Below, in pieces: positions 37,050 to 49,954 of a stretch of DNA of 64,000 bases. How positions within the stretch are numbered: position 1 is the stretch's first letter; each line of letters begins with the position of its first letter. The stretch is from Macrostomum lignano (Eukaryota), in NCBI GenBank assembly GCA_002269645.1, contig NIVC01000215.1, positions 372,001 to 436,000 on the forward strand. The letters run 5' to 3'. The position numbers were made by a program, and so were the translations under genes. The notes below the pieces were generated by a model. It was not told where the DNA came from, searched no databases, and saw only the letters and a list, made by a program, of their open reading frames with translations.

Positions 37050-37290
37050 AGGAGTAGAGATAGAATTGGCCTTAAGTGTATACATTGGGGTAGGGATAGG
37101 GTTGGCCTCGAGTGTACATCGGGGTAGGGATGGGGTTGGCCTCGACTGTACATTAGGTAGCGATGGATGAGTGTACATCGGGGTAGGGATGGGGTTGGCC
37201 TCGACTGTACATTAGGTAGCGATGGATGAGTGTACATCGGGGTAAGGATGGGGTTGGCTTCGACTGTACATTCGGGTAGCGATGGGGTGG
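37050..37290 (+). repeat. 59-bp tandem repeat between SNAPC4 and SNAPC3
   Basis: GTGTACATCGGGGTA recurs at 37112, 37171 and 37230; its core is shared with the 43670-44150 array. Confidence 0.85.
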
Positions 37291-38020
37291 GTCTTGGGTT
37301 TTTTGGCCTGTTTTATGACAAATAATTCAACCAGTAATAAAATTTACGATTGCTATATTATATAAAAAAATTATGACTGTGACTGCATCTCAGATTAATT
37401 TGTGCTTGTGATCAAACACACTGAATACAGATGGAGATTGTTAAAATGCCTTTATTATATGGGAGAAACAATGCAAGGTAAAAAATAATTTTTTTTACCC
37501 CTCTCTAAATTTTTTTGAGAGGAAAACAGCGACGCCACGATAGAAAACAAATTACAACACGAACAAATACTATTAGCGCTGGCATAAACTACGCATTTAA
37601 TAATATTACGCTAATAGTAAATAGAAAATTAACTTGCAATTTAATGAATTTGGACAGAAACTGTTAGTCTGCTATGCCTTATCTTAAAATTTACACTGTT
37701 GGAAGTCGCTAGGAAAAACTTGAAACCTCCTTACTAGACTGTACTTTTAGAAAACCCAATAGAAAACACTTGCAGCTTTTATCTAATATGTACTTTTCTA
37801 ATAATTGGTAGAAAAAGTCGCAACCTTCTTTTAATTAAAATTTTCCATTTGAAGAAACCCAGAACATACTTGCAAGCACAATCAAATGAGAATGTACTTT
37901 TTAAGGTAATAAACAAGCTTAAATATAAGTCTTGGGGCATATAAAACTTTGCAATGTCCCTGCCCCCAGTATACAAAGAATTGTTTTCAATATCCATTAA
38001 ATTCACTTTAACAGTCAGAG

Positions 38021-39558
38021 TTAGGAGTCAATAGCAGCTTCATCTTTTTGATCAGCGTCATGTCCAGCGGCAGCAGCCTCAGACTGTGGCAGCAGGCAAG
38101 ACTGAGGCCGATAGCCCATAGCAACCAGTTGCAACAGTTCGCTAGGCACAGTAATCAATTCACCGTTGCCAAGAGCAACGTTAACTAATGAATCTAATCG
38201 ATAATCTCCAACAACGCATTCGGTTTTGAATTGTTGCAGGTCTTTAGCTGTTAATCGTTTGCGGTTCAACTGATTTGGGCTCAGCTCCTGCTGCAGTTGA
38301 TTCTTCTTTTCTCTTCGAAGTCGCCGTTCGCTCATTTTGCCGACGCAACGCGCGTGAGACGAGTTGGCCGGCACCAAGTGTTTGGGTTTGGGCAGCAGGA
38401 AATGCCGCGGATCAAGTAGGGAGCGCATGCTGCTGACCGCGACGCCGCGGGAGGCGTTGCCGCCGCCGCCGCGGTTCAACTCGGACCGGTCGGCTCGGGC
38501 AGTCAAATGCGACGCAGGCCGATGCTCAACCAGCTGTTGTTGTCGAGTTTCGCTAGCCGCGACATCGTCGTCAAACGATTCTAATTGCAGCTCCTCTTGG
38601 CTGAGAAAGTCCGGAGCTCGAGCCCGACAATCGGCGAAGCTCATGCCGGACAGCACAGCTGGCCAAGCGAATAGCCGGTGAAACTTGTCGCCTAATTCTT
38701 GCCAGCCCCTGTCAACATCGTTGTCGTCGTCGTCACCTGCGTCTATCGACTGTCGGAGCAGCCGCTCGCGACTGCTCAACAGGCGCCGAAACGCCGACGC
38801 TGTTGACATATTTAACGGCATCGGCGGCGCGTCGGTGTCGGCCAGATAGACGCGGAAGAATTCCGACACTCGCTGGGCGCAGTTGCGACGCCGTTTTAGC
38901 AGGTCGCCGCCCGACGAATCGCCGAGAATGCGACAGACAGGCGGCAGGCGGTAGCGACGAACTGGCAGGTCGAGTAGGCGAGTTTTTGTTGCCAGGCGGC
39001 TGGCTATTCGATTAGCTAGAGCTCGCTTGGCGACAGCGTCAGGCGTGTCGTCCTTCGGAGCATCGATCAATTCTGCGGCGGTGACGTCACCGTCTTCTTC
39101 GACATCGTTGTCGTCGTCTACCAGCATGGTGACGTCATCCGTCTCTTTTTCAACAAATGCGCTATCAGAAACGTCATCGTCGGCGTCCAAATCGACGTTT
39201 GGCTCGACGGCGGGGTCAGGTCGGTGTCGCTTCTTCGGTCGAGTCGATTCGTCGCCCTCGAAAGTCGCTGAGGCCGTTGCTGCCGTTAAGCGCCGTTTTT
39301 TAGCGGCCTGCGCCGATTTTAAAGACGCTGGCAAGGTCGGCGGCGGCTCCTTTGGCGCTGCTGTGGACGTCAAGGCCACATCGGGATGGGCGGCGTTAGT
39401 TGCGGCCCCGGACGACTGCTTGGATGGCGATGAGGCGAGCGACTGCAAAGGAAGCAGATTATGATAGGGTGCACGTTTTTTCCACTGATTGCTTACCTAA
39501 GGCAGACAAAGCAGTGCGGGCCTGACACTAAGACAGACACTGAGACAGACAGACACTA

Positions 39559-39645
<87 letters not shown>

Positions 39646-39692
39646 TAGACAGACACTAAGACAGACAGACAGACAGACAGACAGACACAGAC

Positions 39693-39743
<51 letters not shown>

Positions 39744-39842
39744 CTAAGACAGACAGACAGACAGACAGACAGACACTAAGACAGACAGACAGACAGACAG
39801 ACAGACACTAAGACAGACAGACAGACGGACAGACAGACACTA

Positions 39843-39895
<53 letters not shown>

Positions 39896-42800
39896 CTAAG
39901 ACAGACACTAAGACAGACAGCCAGATTCCAAGCTAATTAAACAAAAGAGCCTCACCAGAATGGACTGAACAATCTGGGGCACCATAGCCCTGTACTGGCG
40001 CACGGTTTTGCACCGATCGAAGCGAGTTTTCAGCTGCGGAGCCTCCATAGCCGTCTGCAAAGTGAGCCACAGTCGGTCCTCAGACTCCGGCAGCAGTAGT
40101 TCGCGCAAGCGCAGTCGAGTTGCCTCGTCGAAATTTTGCCGATTTACCGACTGCGTCAAAGCGGAAACAATCGGCCGCCACAGGGCCGCCTTCGCAGTGG
40201 CGTCTCGTCGGAGTTTTTCAAGTTTGAAACGACTGTTGGTGACCTTGCCGGGCAGAGGGCGCGGCAGGAGAAAGCCTTCGTCAGCGTCCATAAGAAGCTG
40301 CGGGTGTTGTTCAGAACAGCCAGTAAAGAATGTGCAGTGTTTTTCTTCCTAGGTGTACACTATTTATGGTTGTAGTGGTAAGGTACTGCCTGATAACTCT
40401 GTGCCCCAGATGTGCATTATCGGGGGGTTGTGGGGGAAAGGGGTTTGACTGATAACTCTCTGCCCCAGATGTGCATTATCGGGGGGTTGTGGGGGAAAGG
40501 GGTCTGACTGATAACTCTCTGCCCCAGATGTGCATTATCGGGGGTTGTGGGGGGAAGGGGTCTCGCTGATAACTCTCTGCCCCAGATGTGCATTATCGGG
40601 GGTTGTGGGGGGAAGGGGTCTCGCTGATAACTCTCTGCCCCAGATGTGCATTATCGGGGGTGTAGGGGGGAAGGGGTCTCGCTGATAACTCTCTGCCCCA
40701 GATGTGCATTATCGGGGGTTGTGGGGGGAAGGGGTCTCGCTGATAACTCTCTGCCCTAGATGTGCATTATCGGGGGTTGTGGGGGGAAGGGGTCTCGCTG
40801 ATAACTCTCTGCCCCAGATGTGCATTATCGGGGGTGTAGGGGGGAGGCGTCTGGCTGAAAATTCCTAGCTCCCCTAAGTAACAGACCAACCTGCGACAGC
40901 TCCTCCTTTGACGCAGCAGTTGGCTCCTGTTTTAATGTAGCTGCCACCTGCTGCTGCTGTTGGTCCCCTCCACTTCCGCCAGAGTTGCAGTCGAGAAAGC
41001 CGCCACTAGCCAGCAGTTTAGCCATCAACGGCGTCCTTAGCAACAATCGCCGAGTGTCATCGCCAACTCCAACAGAGGCTTTGACGCGTTCCCACACTAG
41101 GCTAGACAGCACCAGCTGGCGCCAACGCCAGGCTAAACCGGGCGCGCTTCTACCGGGAAACATTGACAATAAATCAGTCCAGCAGATATTATAAACTTGA
41201 AGATCGATAAATTTTTGTACCGCCAATCGTATCGATTTTTGACTATGACCCTGGGCAATGTTCCGCTTGACGAGGTCTTGCAGACTGGTTGGCTGCGGCA
41301 CCAGCAGGAAGAGGCGGCGGTCGTCTGCGTAGCTCCAAGGCGGCTGGTCTCGGGTGAGCAAGTGATCCACGGCTTTGCGGCAGGCCAGGTCGGTGCTGCG
41401 CAGTGTCAGAAGGGGGGGGGGTAATGAGAGGCTTGGCGTGCGGGTCAGGGGAGAGGGAGATGGGGAAGAGCGAGATGGGGAGGAATAGGGAGAGGGAGAA
41501 GGAGAGGGGTGTTGATGGGGAGAGGGAGAGTAGGGAGAGAGACAAGGGAGAGGGAGACAAGAAAGATGAAGAGAAGGGAGAGGGATAGAAGGAGGGATAA
41601 AGGAGGAGAGATAGAAGGAGGGATAAAGGAGGAGGGATAGGAGGGATAAAGGAGGAGGGATATGAGGGATAAAGGAGGGATAGGAGGAGGGATAAAGGAG
41701 GAGGGATTGGAAGAGGAGAAATAGATGGAGGAGGAGGGAGACAAGGGAGAGGGAGAGGAGAGGGAGACGGAGGGAGATGGGGGAGGGAAGAGTGTAAATC
41801 GGGGATGTGGTACAAAGAGAGAAGTGACAGGTGATGGAGTACAATTGCGGGCACATTAACAAACGATAAGTTATAAACAGAGCCTCAGAATAGAAAATGC
41901 AGTCAAACGATCTGGCAAAATTAAAGAGTAAAAATTCAATTTAAGAAACACCCATAACCATGCCCAGCCGACTCACCGAGTGCCGACGTATTGAGCAATT
42001 CGAAAAAATCGAAACGGCCCGAACTGGTCAACTGCCATCAACAGTCGCAGCCGATCGCTAGCAGGCCAATCATAACCCAAATCTGGAGCCAATGAGCGCC
42101 ACAGCTCTGATGCAGCTCGATGCGATTTCGGGTACAGCTTGAGTTGCATCGACACCTGACGCCAGTCAATTCTGCCGGTGGCCTGGATGAATGGAAGCAG
42201 AATCTTTCTACACTGAGTGACCTAAGTCTGTTATTTGGAGGGTTCTATTGCGGGGGCGTCAGAGGCTCCAGCACCAGAGGCGCCAGCACCAGAGGCGCCA
42301 GCACCAGAGGCGCCAGCACCAGAGGCGCCAGCACCAGAGGCGCCAGCACCAGAGGCGCCAGCACCAGAGGCGCCAGCACCAGAGGCGCCAGCACCAGAGG
42401 CGCCAGCACCAGAGGCGCCAGCACCAGAGGCGCCAGCACCAGAGGCGCCAGCACCAGAGGCGCCAGCACCAGAGGCGCCAGCACCAGAGGCGCCAGCACC
42501 AGAGGCGCCAGCACCAGAGGCGCCAGCACCAGAGGCGCCAGCACCAGAGGCGCCAGCACCATGGACATCCCATCTTGTCCCGCACTGCACACAAAACCGC
42601 ACCTGAGTAGCAATGGACTCGTTAACAGCGGACACCACAGACGCCGCGGCCACCGTCTCACTGCTGGCTTCGGCCGGCGCTGGCAACTGCTGCTCCTGAA
42701 TGCGCGACCTGCGATGCCGGGACAGCCAGCGTTGGGCGCAGGCCAGCGGAGGTCGCACCTTGCCCTGGGATGAACTCAGTGCCGCTGACACGGCGCCCCA

Positions 42801-45199
42801 GTTGCGTTCGCCCAGCTCATCAACCAGAGCGATTAGACGAGCATCCTCTGCACGTTTCCATGCCGACCTGGTTGATGGGTGGATTGAGTTATTAGCAGCG
42901 ATTTTTGACGGATTTTAAGGATTTTTAATTGGACATTGGTGACTTAGGACTAGGGATTAGCAATCAGGGACTACAGATTAGCGATTAGGGACAATGGATT
43001 AGCGACTAAGGACAATGTATTAGCGATTAGGAACTAGGGATTAGTGGTTAGGGACAAGGGATTAGTGATTAGTGACTAGAGATTAGTGCTAAGGGTGTAG
43101 TGATTAGTGATTAGGCAGTCAGTCAAATGAATCACTCACGAGTCAATGCCAGGCCTGAGCACATTGGCGTACGCCAGTCTCAAACTCCGAGCGGTGAGCT
43201 GCACAATGCCGGTGCTTGGTCTCTGCCCTTCTAAGTCCGACAATACCGCGTCGAAATTGATGAGGCCAGCACCGCCACTTGGTCCTTCGGCAGCCAGTCT
43301 GCCCAGCAACTGATCTGTGCTAGAATTTTGCAATCGTTTAATCTCCGAGTCCAGCTCGGCCGCGGCTATTCGAGTGGACTTAATGGCCGACGATACAGCG
43401 GCCGAGCTGCGCATCCGTTCGGCCAGTCCGGCCTGACGGGACAGCAGAGGCCGGAGTCGAGTCTCCCGATAAAATTCTGCCACTAATTGCAGAAGTTTTT
43501 TCAGACATCCCTGCCTGTTTGACAGACTGGAAACTTTGCCGGTGTACAGCGCCGAGCTGCCAGCAAAGGTGGCCAGATTGGCCAGACACAGCTCCGCCCG
43601 GTTGCGCTTTTGAAGGCCGTCAGCGTTTGGCGGGCAAACAATTCTGGGTGTGCGGTGGCGAGCGGGGAGGCCAAGTGTACATTGGGAAAGGGGTAAGATT
43701 TTTTAAAGCTAGTGTACATTGGGGGTGGAGATTTATTGAAGCTAGTGTACATTCAGAGTAGAGATTTTTTGAAGCTAGTGTACATTGGGGTAAGAGATTT
43801 TTTAAGCTAGTGTACTTGGGATAGAGATTTTTTAAGCAAGTGTACATTGGGGGTAGAGATCTTTAAAGCTAGTGTACGTTGGGGGTAGAGATTTTTCAGC
43901 TAACGTACATTGAGGGTAGAGATTGTTTGAAGCTAGTGTACATTGAGGGTAGAGATTGTTTGAAGCTAGTGTACATTGGGGGTAGAGATTTTTAAAGCTA
44001 GTGCACATAGGAGGCGTAGAGATTTTTTAAAGCTAGTATACATTGGGGGTGATTTTTAAAAGCTAGTGCACATTGGAGGCGTAGAGATTTTTTAAAGCTA
44101 GTGTACATTGGGGGTAGAGATTTTTTAAGGCTAGTGTACACTGATAGTGTACATTAGGGATAGAGATTCTTTAAGGTTCACCAACCTTGAGTTTCCTGAA
44201 TCGTAGACGGAGAAAAACGGCGACCTAATCAGACCCCGTCTGGCCAGTCGCAGCTGCGGCAGCCGGCCGCCACCCAGCAGCATCGAAGCTGAGGCCGCCC
44301 CGGCAGCAGCTTCGTGATCGTCGCTAGCGGCTACACCCGGTGCTCCAGCACCATAGCCCAGCGACAGCATCAACTGACAGCTGGTGCCAACGTCCCCGAG
44401 TTTCTCGGCGTCGCCTTCCAACGCCGACTTGCCTGCGGCCACTTCGCTGATGCGAGATTCTACTCGGCGAAGGCACTCGGCAACGAGCTCCTAGGAGGTT
44501 GAAAATATGGAAGATATGGAGGATACTATCGCGGGATATTAATTCCCCCTACAATGGGATAAAAGTTCCCTCTACAATGGGATAGTGATTCCCCCTACAG
44601 TGGGATAATAATTCCCCTACGATGGGATAATGATTCACTCTACCATGGGATAGTGATTTCCCCTACTATCGGATAAGAATTCACCCCTCTAATGGGATAA
44701 TGAAATGATCCCCCCTATAATAGTATAATGATTCCCCTCTACAATGGGACAATGATCCACCACAATGGAATAATGATTCCCCCTACAATGAAATTATTTC
44801 CTACAATTGGAGAATGATTCCCCTTACAATGGGATGATGATTCCCCCTAAAATTGGATAATGATTCCCCTACAATGAGATAATAATTATGCTACACTGGG
44901 GCAATGATTCTCCCACAAAGAGCTAATGTCTTCACACCATGAAACACGAATTGCTGTCATACACATACCTGCAAAGTCTGATTGATAACCAGCACAGTCT
45001 CAGCATCGCAGGGAATTTCCCCATCCTCGGCATTGCGCAAAGCAATCAACAGGCTGGAGGCTTTGAAGTCAACCTCATCTTCTGGATTGTCAAAATATTC
45101 CTCTGGATTTTGATTGCCACTGTCTATGGCATTATTGCCTTCTATTGGTGCAGCCTTCTCACACTTGGCTGTGACCAAGTGATTTTCAGGGTTGATGTC
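38021..45199 (-). CDS. SNAPC4: snRNA-activating protein complex subunit 4 (SNAP190/Pbp95), multi-Myb protein, about 1272 codons over 8 exons; no in-frame ATG in the first exon
   Basis: Exons 45199-44969, 44490-44186, 43643-43140, 42867-42603, 42221-41977, 41395-40891, 40297-39956 and 39442-38021, all phase-consistent. N-terminal motifs [17 protein letters not shown]...CPPNAD and [15 protein letters not shown] parallel SNAP190. These are followed by serial Myb repeats ([10 protein letters not shown]...NWGAV...CAQRW; [18 protein letters not shown]...GTRTDLACR; [10 protein letters not shown]...[12 protein letters not shown]...WRW) and basic NLS-like KKRR clusters. Confidence 0.87.
39530..39920 (+). 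repeat. (GACA)n microsatellite in the last SNAPC4 intron
   Basis: Read directly. Confidence 0.95.
40385..40845 (+). repeat. 58-59 bp G-rich tandem repeat in a SNAPC4 intron
   Basis: CTGATAACTCTCTGCCCCAGATGTGCATTATCGGGGG... about 8 copies. Confidence 0.92.
42270..42560 (+). repeat. 15-bp minisatellite (GCACCAGAGGCGCCA)n in a SNAPC4 intron
   Basis: About 19 perfect copies between donor 42602 and acceptor 42222. Confidence 0.95.
43670..44150 (+). repeat. About 32-bp minisatellite (AAGCTAGTGTACATTGGGGGTAGAGATTTTTT)n in a SNAPC4 intron
   Basis: About 14 degenerate copies. Confidence 0.88.
44530..44905 (+). repeat. 23-bp minisatellite (GATTCCCCCTACAATGGGATAAT)n in the first SNAPC4 intron
   Basis: About 16 degenerate copies; shares the CTACAATGGGAT core with the 30-bp array. 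Confidence 0.85.
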
Positions 45200-48100
45200 C
45201 TGCAGTTATTTTTGATACATATTGGATCATTTAGTTTCTAATTAGGACATACCAAGACATTTTTTCTGCCTTACATTGACAATGTTTTGCTACACCAGAA
45301 TAGAGCAATGCAGGTACATAAAATTTAAGAACATAAGCTAACTTTTTGATGCACACCTTTTTAAACAAGAATCAAGTCACCAGACCCCCAGAGTGTGACA
45401 CTTCTGCCAAATCAACAATCAACAATTCTGCCAAAAGAACAGATTTTTTCTATAAGTGCTAGTGTATTTACAATGTATCCTTCTGTGCCAAATAGCAGTG
45501 TCTTAGTATAGCCTCAAGATACCCAACTGCAAAATTTTTTCCAATATCACTAAATAAGCATCAATGATTGGAAAACCTAAATTATTGTAAATATTTAGTT
45601 AATCTCTTAAGCATTCATTCATCAGATGGCAGAATTATGGGTATCCAAAGAAGATTTTACCATTAAATTCATGTATACATAATAGTTTTATAACTATATA
45701 ATAGAGGCTATAGTACTTTAATGCTAATATATAGAGATGGGAAAAAAAAGAAACAAAAAGTCTATTAGTCAAAGGCTAAGCAATAAATATTAGAAAATTT
45801 AAATAAATTCATATAAAGATATAAATATTCATTTAAATCAAATATACAATATATATAGTATATATATTTCTATAAAACAAGCCAATTAATACAATTTCTA
45901 TTAGTATCAATATAATTATCATACAAATAGGAAGTCCAAAAAATTCCTTTTTTATTATGAACTTAAAACTTAATATAAATATTATTATTAAGTAAAGTCC
46001 CAATTTAAAGATGGAATATTTAAGTGAGTGATTATTCAGTTTTCATAGTTAATGATAGCATAAAAAAACATGTTGCCAATTATGAGTTAGATAGGTCACT
46101 ATAAAAATTATAAATATAAGGTTTAAACTTTTAAATGTTAGCTTGCCAAACATTTTTAGAGCCAAATAAAATTCAAATCATAGGACATAGCTACAACCTG
46201 CAAGCTGAGATGAAAAGAAGAGAATGAATAGGTCTAAAGACAAAGGGAAAGATAAGAGATAATAAAAGAAAAATATGTAGAAAATAGGGGTTAGACAATA
46301 TACATTTTTGAGATTTATGCTTTCAAGGTAATTGAGATTTGATAGAGATTAAAGATTAAGCCAAATTAGTATCTAATAGGCCTATGTTGCTATCTAGCAA
46401 TAGAATATATTCTATCTAGCAATACTAATATTAGGCCTATTATTTGTTAAATATATATGCCTCCTGTCTATAATGATAAGCCTAATAATAAAAGGAAAAT
46501 CAACTTATATAATATTGAGCTTATTGCTATGTCAGTAACTTGGTGTATATCAAATATAAATATAATAATATTGTAGTCACCAATAGTTATATAGTCACAA
46601 ATATTGACTTTTTTAGATCTTAAAACTGAGATCAAGATTGAAAAAGTGCTTAGATCTTGACAATCAAGATCAATATCTTGTTTGACCTTTAGTGAGAAAA
46701 GAGACATGGTCATGAGAGGATTTATAAATTATAATAAAATAATGTTTGGGTTTTTTGCTGGCAACAAGATGCAAAAGGCTACAGGTCAGAAGACAATAGA
46801 TCAAAAAGGTGATCCTAGTCAAAAGGGCAATAGTCACAAAGATAATTAGTCAAAAAGGCGACAGGTAGTAGATTTATTGAAATTATAAGTTCCGTGCATT
46901 AGAAGCTTATATTGGTTAAAATTTACAAGTAGTAAATTGTTAAATTTTATTTGTTATATTTGTTGAAAGCATAAGCAGTTAAAATGTATTTGACTTGTAT
47001 TTATTGAGATGTATTTGTTAAAATGTGGTTAAGTGAGGTCTATTTATTTTACTAACTGCCTTCAGTAGATCATCCACTGAGTGTAAAGGGCAGCTTTCTT
47101 TAATTTAGATGTAGTAACCATTTAGCACTTGTATGGTCTTATGAGAGTAATGAATTAAATAAAATCCCACTAAACTAACCATGTTTTTATGTACATTAAT
47201 GTACATATATATGCAGAATACCAACATGTACAATTCTAATACATCAAACTATTGTATATTTTAACAAATACATATACAAGTACAAATAGGCCTACATAAA
47301 CAAATACAAGTCTAATACCTTATTGCCCTTATGACTGTGGCCCTTTTGATCTGTCGCCTTTTGATTGGTTCCTGATGCAAAATTGCATTCAAGACCATAA
47401 GGTCCAATTTCAAGATGTTATTTGGAAAGTCAATTCTAAATGCACTTCCTAGTACAGCTGGGGCTTGGACTTGTTGGGCCCACAGTCTCCTGCGCTACCA
47501 GGTAGAACCGATTGGATAGGGGCCAGGTCAAGCAAACCTGCAGACTTGCGAAGACAACCTTTCAGCCATCCTCGCCTGTTGCACTCACGCCGCTGCTGGA
47601 TACGCTGGTGGAGACTTCCGGTAGAGACATCCCTCAGACCCTGGATGAAATTCTTGCAGAAAAATCACAACGCATTATGCAATTGCGCGAAAAAATGCAA
47701 TTTTGCGTCAAAAAATCCAGAAAAAATGTGTTGCAGAATTTCAGACAAAATTGCTAATTTTTAATATATGCAAAAGTGCGCTTGAGATATTGGATTTTGC
47801 AAAAAAGATAATCCTACTAGCTAAGATCACAAAGAAAAAAAGAATAAAAACTAAAAACTGAAAAAGGCACAAAAGTAAAAATTTGAAAAAATTCCATAAA
47901 AGTAGAAACTTGTAACATTTGATATCTAACATATATATTTAAATGAAAATTCAAATCACTACATTTTCTTAGAATGCATTTTTGTTATTGTCTTATTGAT
48001 TACTTTTAGGCCCTACCATTTTGCGACGTGCTAAGTACCAAAATAAAAAATGCAACCAATAAAAAGTATTTTGCGTGCCATAAAAAAATTGCATAATTCC

Positions 48101-49954
48101 ATTTGACTTAAGAAATACAAGAATTCCATCCTGGGCTCGGACCAAGCAAGGGGATAAGACTTCCTGAGGGCGATGGCCCAGAGACACACTTTCTGACTGC
48201 TCCCCCCTTTCTGGCTACTGCATGGCTGGCAGGAGCAGTACCTTATTGTTCTTGTTGTTGTTGGAAAGTCAGGATATTATAGGGCCTATAGCATTCCTAT
48301 AGCATAAAAATAAGCCTGGTTTTTTCACTGGAGACTGGTAGGTACTAAGATGCAAAATCGCATTCAAGGTCTAATTCTAGGATGCGATTTTGAAAGTCAG
48401 GATGCTATAGCTATGAACTAATAGCATCATAGCTATCATAGCTAGCATCTTAGCTATAGCATCATATGCTATAATGCTATAAACCTATAATTATAAAGAT
48501 AAAAGGATAGACAATAGTAAAGGAGATGAGATAAGAGGAGAGAGGAGAGCGAAGAGAAATGAGCTGAGAGGAGATAAAAACTTGAACCAGCAAGCAAGCT
48601 GGATTGCTACGCCTATTGTTACATTGTAAACTTTTAAATCATTAAGAGGGTCGCAGCGGATGGAGATTTTGCGGGCGGGCTGGCTGCTGGCCCGCTGGTG
48701 ACTAGCGTTCGTTTGCCGAGCCCCGGTTTAAACTTAAGCATCATTCAAGTGTTTTCAGCTTTCCAAAGCTTTTACCCCTTACCCATAGGCATAGCTTAAT
48801 CTGACTGAAACTCAAACAAGAAGCGAGCAAGAACAACTCCGGCTAAAACAGAACTGTTCTTAGAAAAACTGCAGGTTAAGGGTCATTTAAGTTTTCTATA
48901 AAGTTTTAACAAATAGACTAAAGAAAACAACTTTCTTAGGTTTTAAAGTTAACTTTAACTACAAGGTGTTTTTGCAAAAGAGCTATTAGTCGCATAAATA
49001 TAATTTATAAGATTTTTCGATGACTGCGAAAAATCTTAGGTACCGTTTCAGTTTTCCTCGCATTCCAAGAACAGGTTGACTAATCTATAAACATCGTGTG
49101 GGATTTACCCTATTGATTCTTACATTGTGCTATTCAGTTAGCGACTAATTTTGTATTGAACCAGTAAACACTAATTACTTTTTTAAATTGAAAGGGTTCA
49201 GTTGTGTCTAATTGTATTTGAAGTAATTTCTAGTTTTTACTTGATATATATTATGCATGTATCAAACTCGAGAGCAGATGGCTTCCATCAAGACTTCAGA
49301 CTCAGGGCCTAGAAACAGAATATTTTGAGTAGTCATTTACTGTATGTTATAAAATTTCTGCCAAATTTCATTATTATGTTATGCTTCATAAAAATTTTAT
49401 GTGATTTGACTATAGCTTAGTTTTTAGTTTATTTTTAAAATTATACCAAAATTTAGAAAGAAAAAAAAACTAAATTGGCAATATCATAATTTTCTGACCA
49501 AATAAGTAAACCATATATTTTTTGCTGGTTTAGTCCAATCAACCATTCTGGTTTCTTTTCAACAACATAAATAGTTTAAATTCATTTGTGTCACAACCAC
49601 TTCACATGGCAATAAATATTTTGTTTTGTATATTAGCCATGCTTTAAAACTTCTTAGACTTTTGGTTCCATTAAGATGGTCTGTGCATTAGGGCGTAAAT
49701 AATAAAATGTTTTAACTATTATGCACTTTAAAACAAAAGCTCCATAAAAGATATGCTAAGGCCAAACAGATCCAAAATATGAGTACAAAAGGTTTCCTAT
49801 GAAAAGACAGAGCTACTATTTAAAAAGTAATTAAAATACACTGCATGTCATCCCTAGTCATCTAACAAATAAGGAAAATTCAAAGTTCAAATGAGGTTTC
49901 TAAATGAAAAATCAATTTGAATTAGTTTAAATTCAATGTGCTCAGACTTAGTTG

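Noticed and set aside
47465-47764. Short GC-richer island with coding-like ORFs upstream of SNAPC4
   Set aside because: No recognisable motif, and no minus-strand ATG exon with a phase-0 donor could be tied to SNAPC4. It may be a transposon remnant and is left unannotated.
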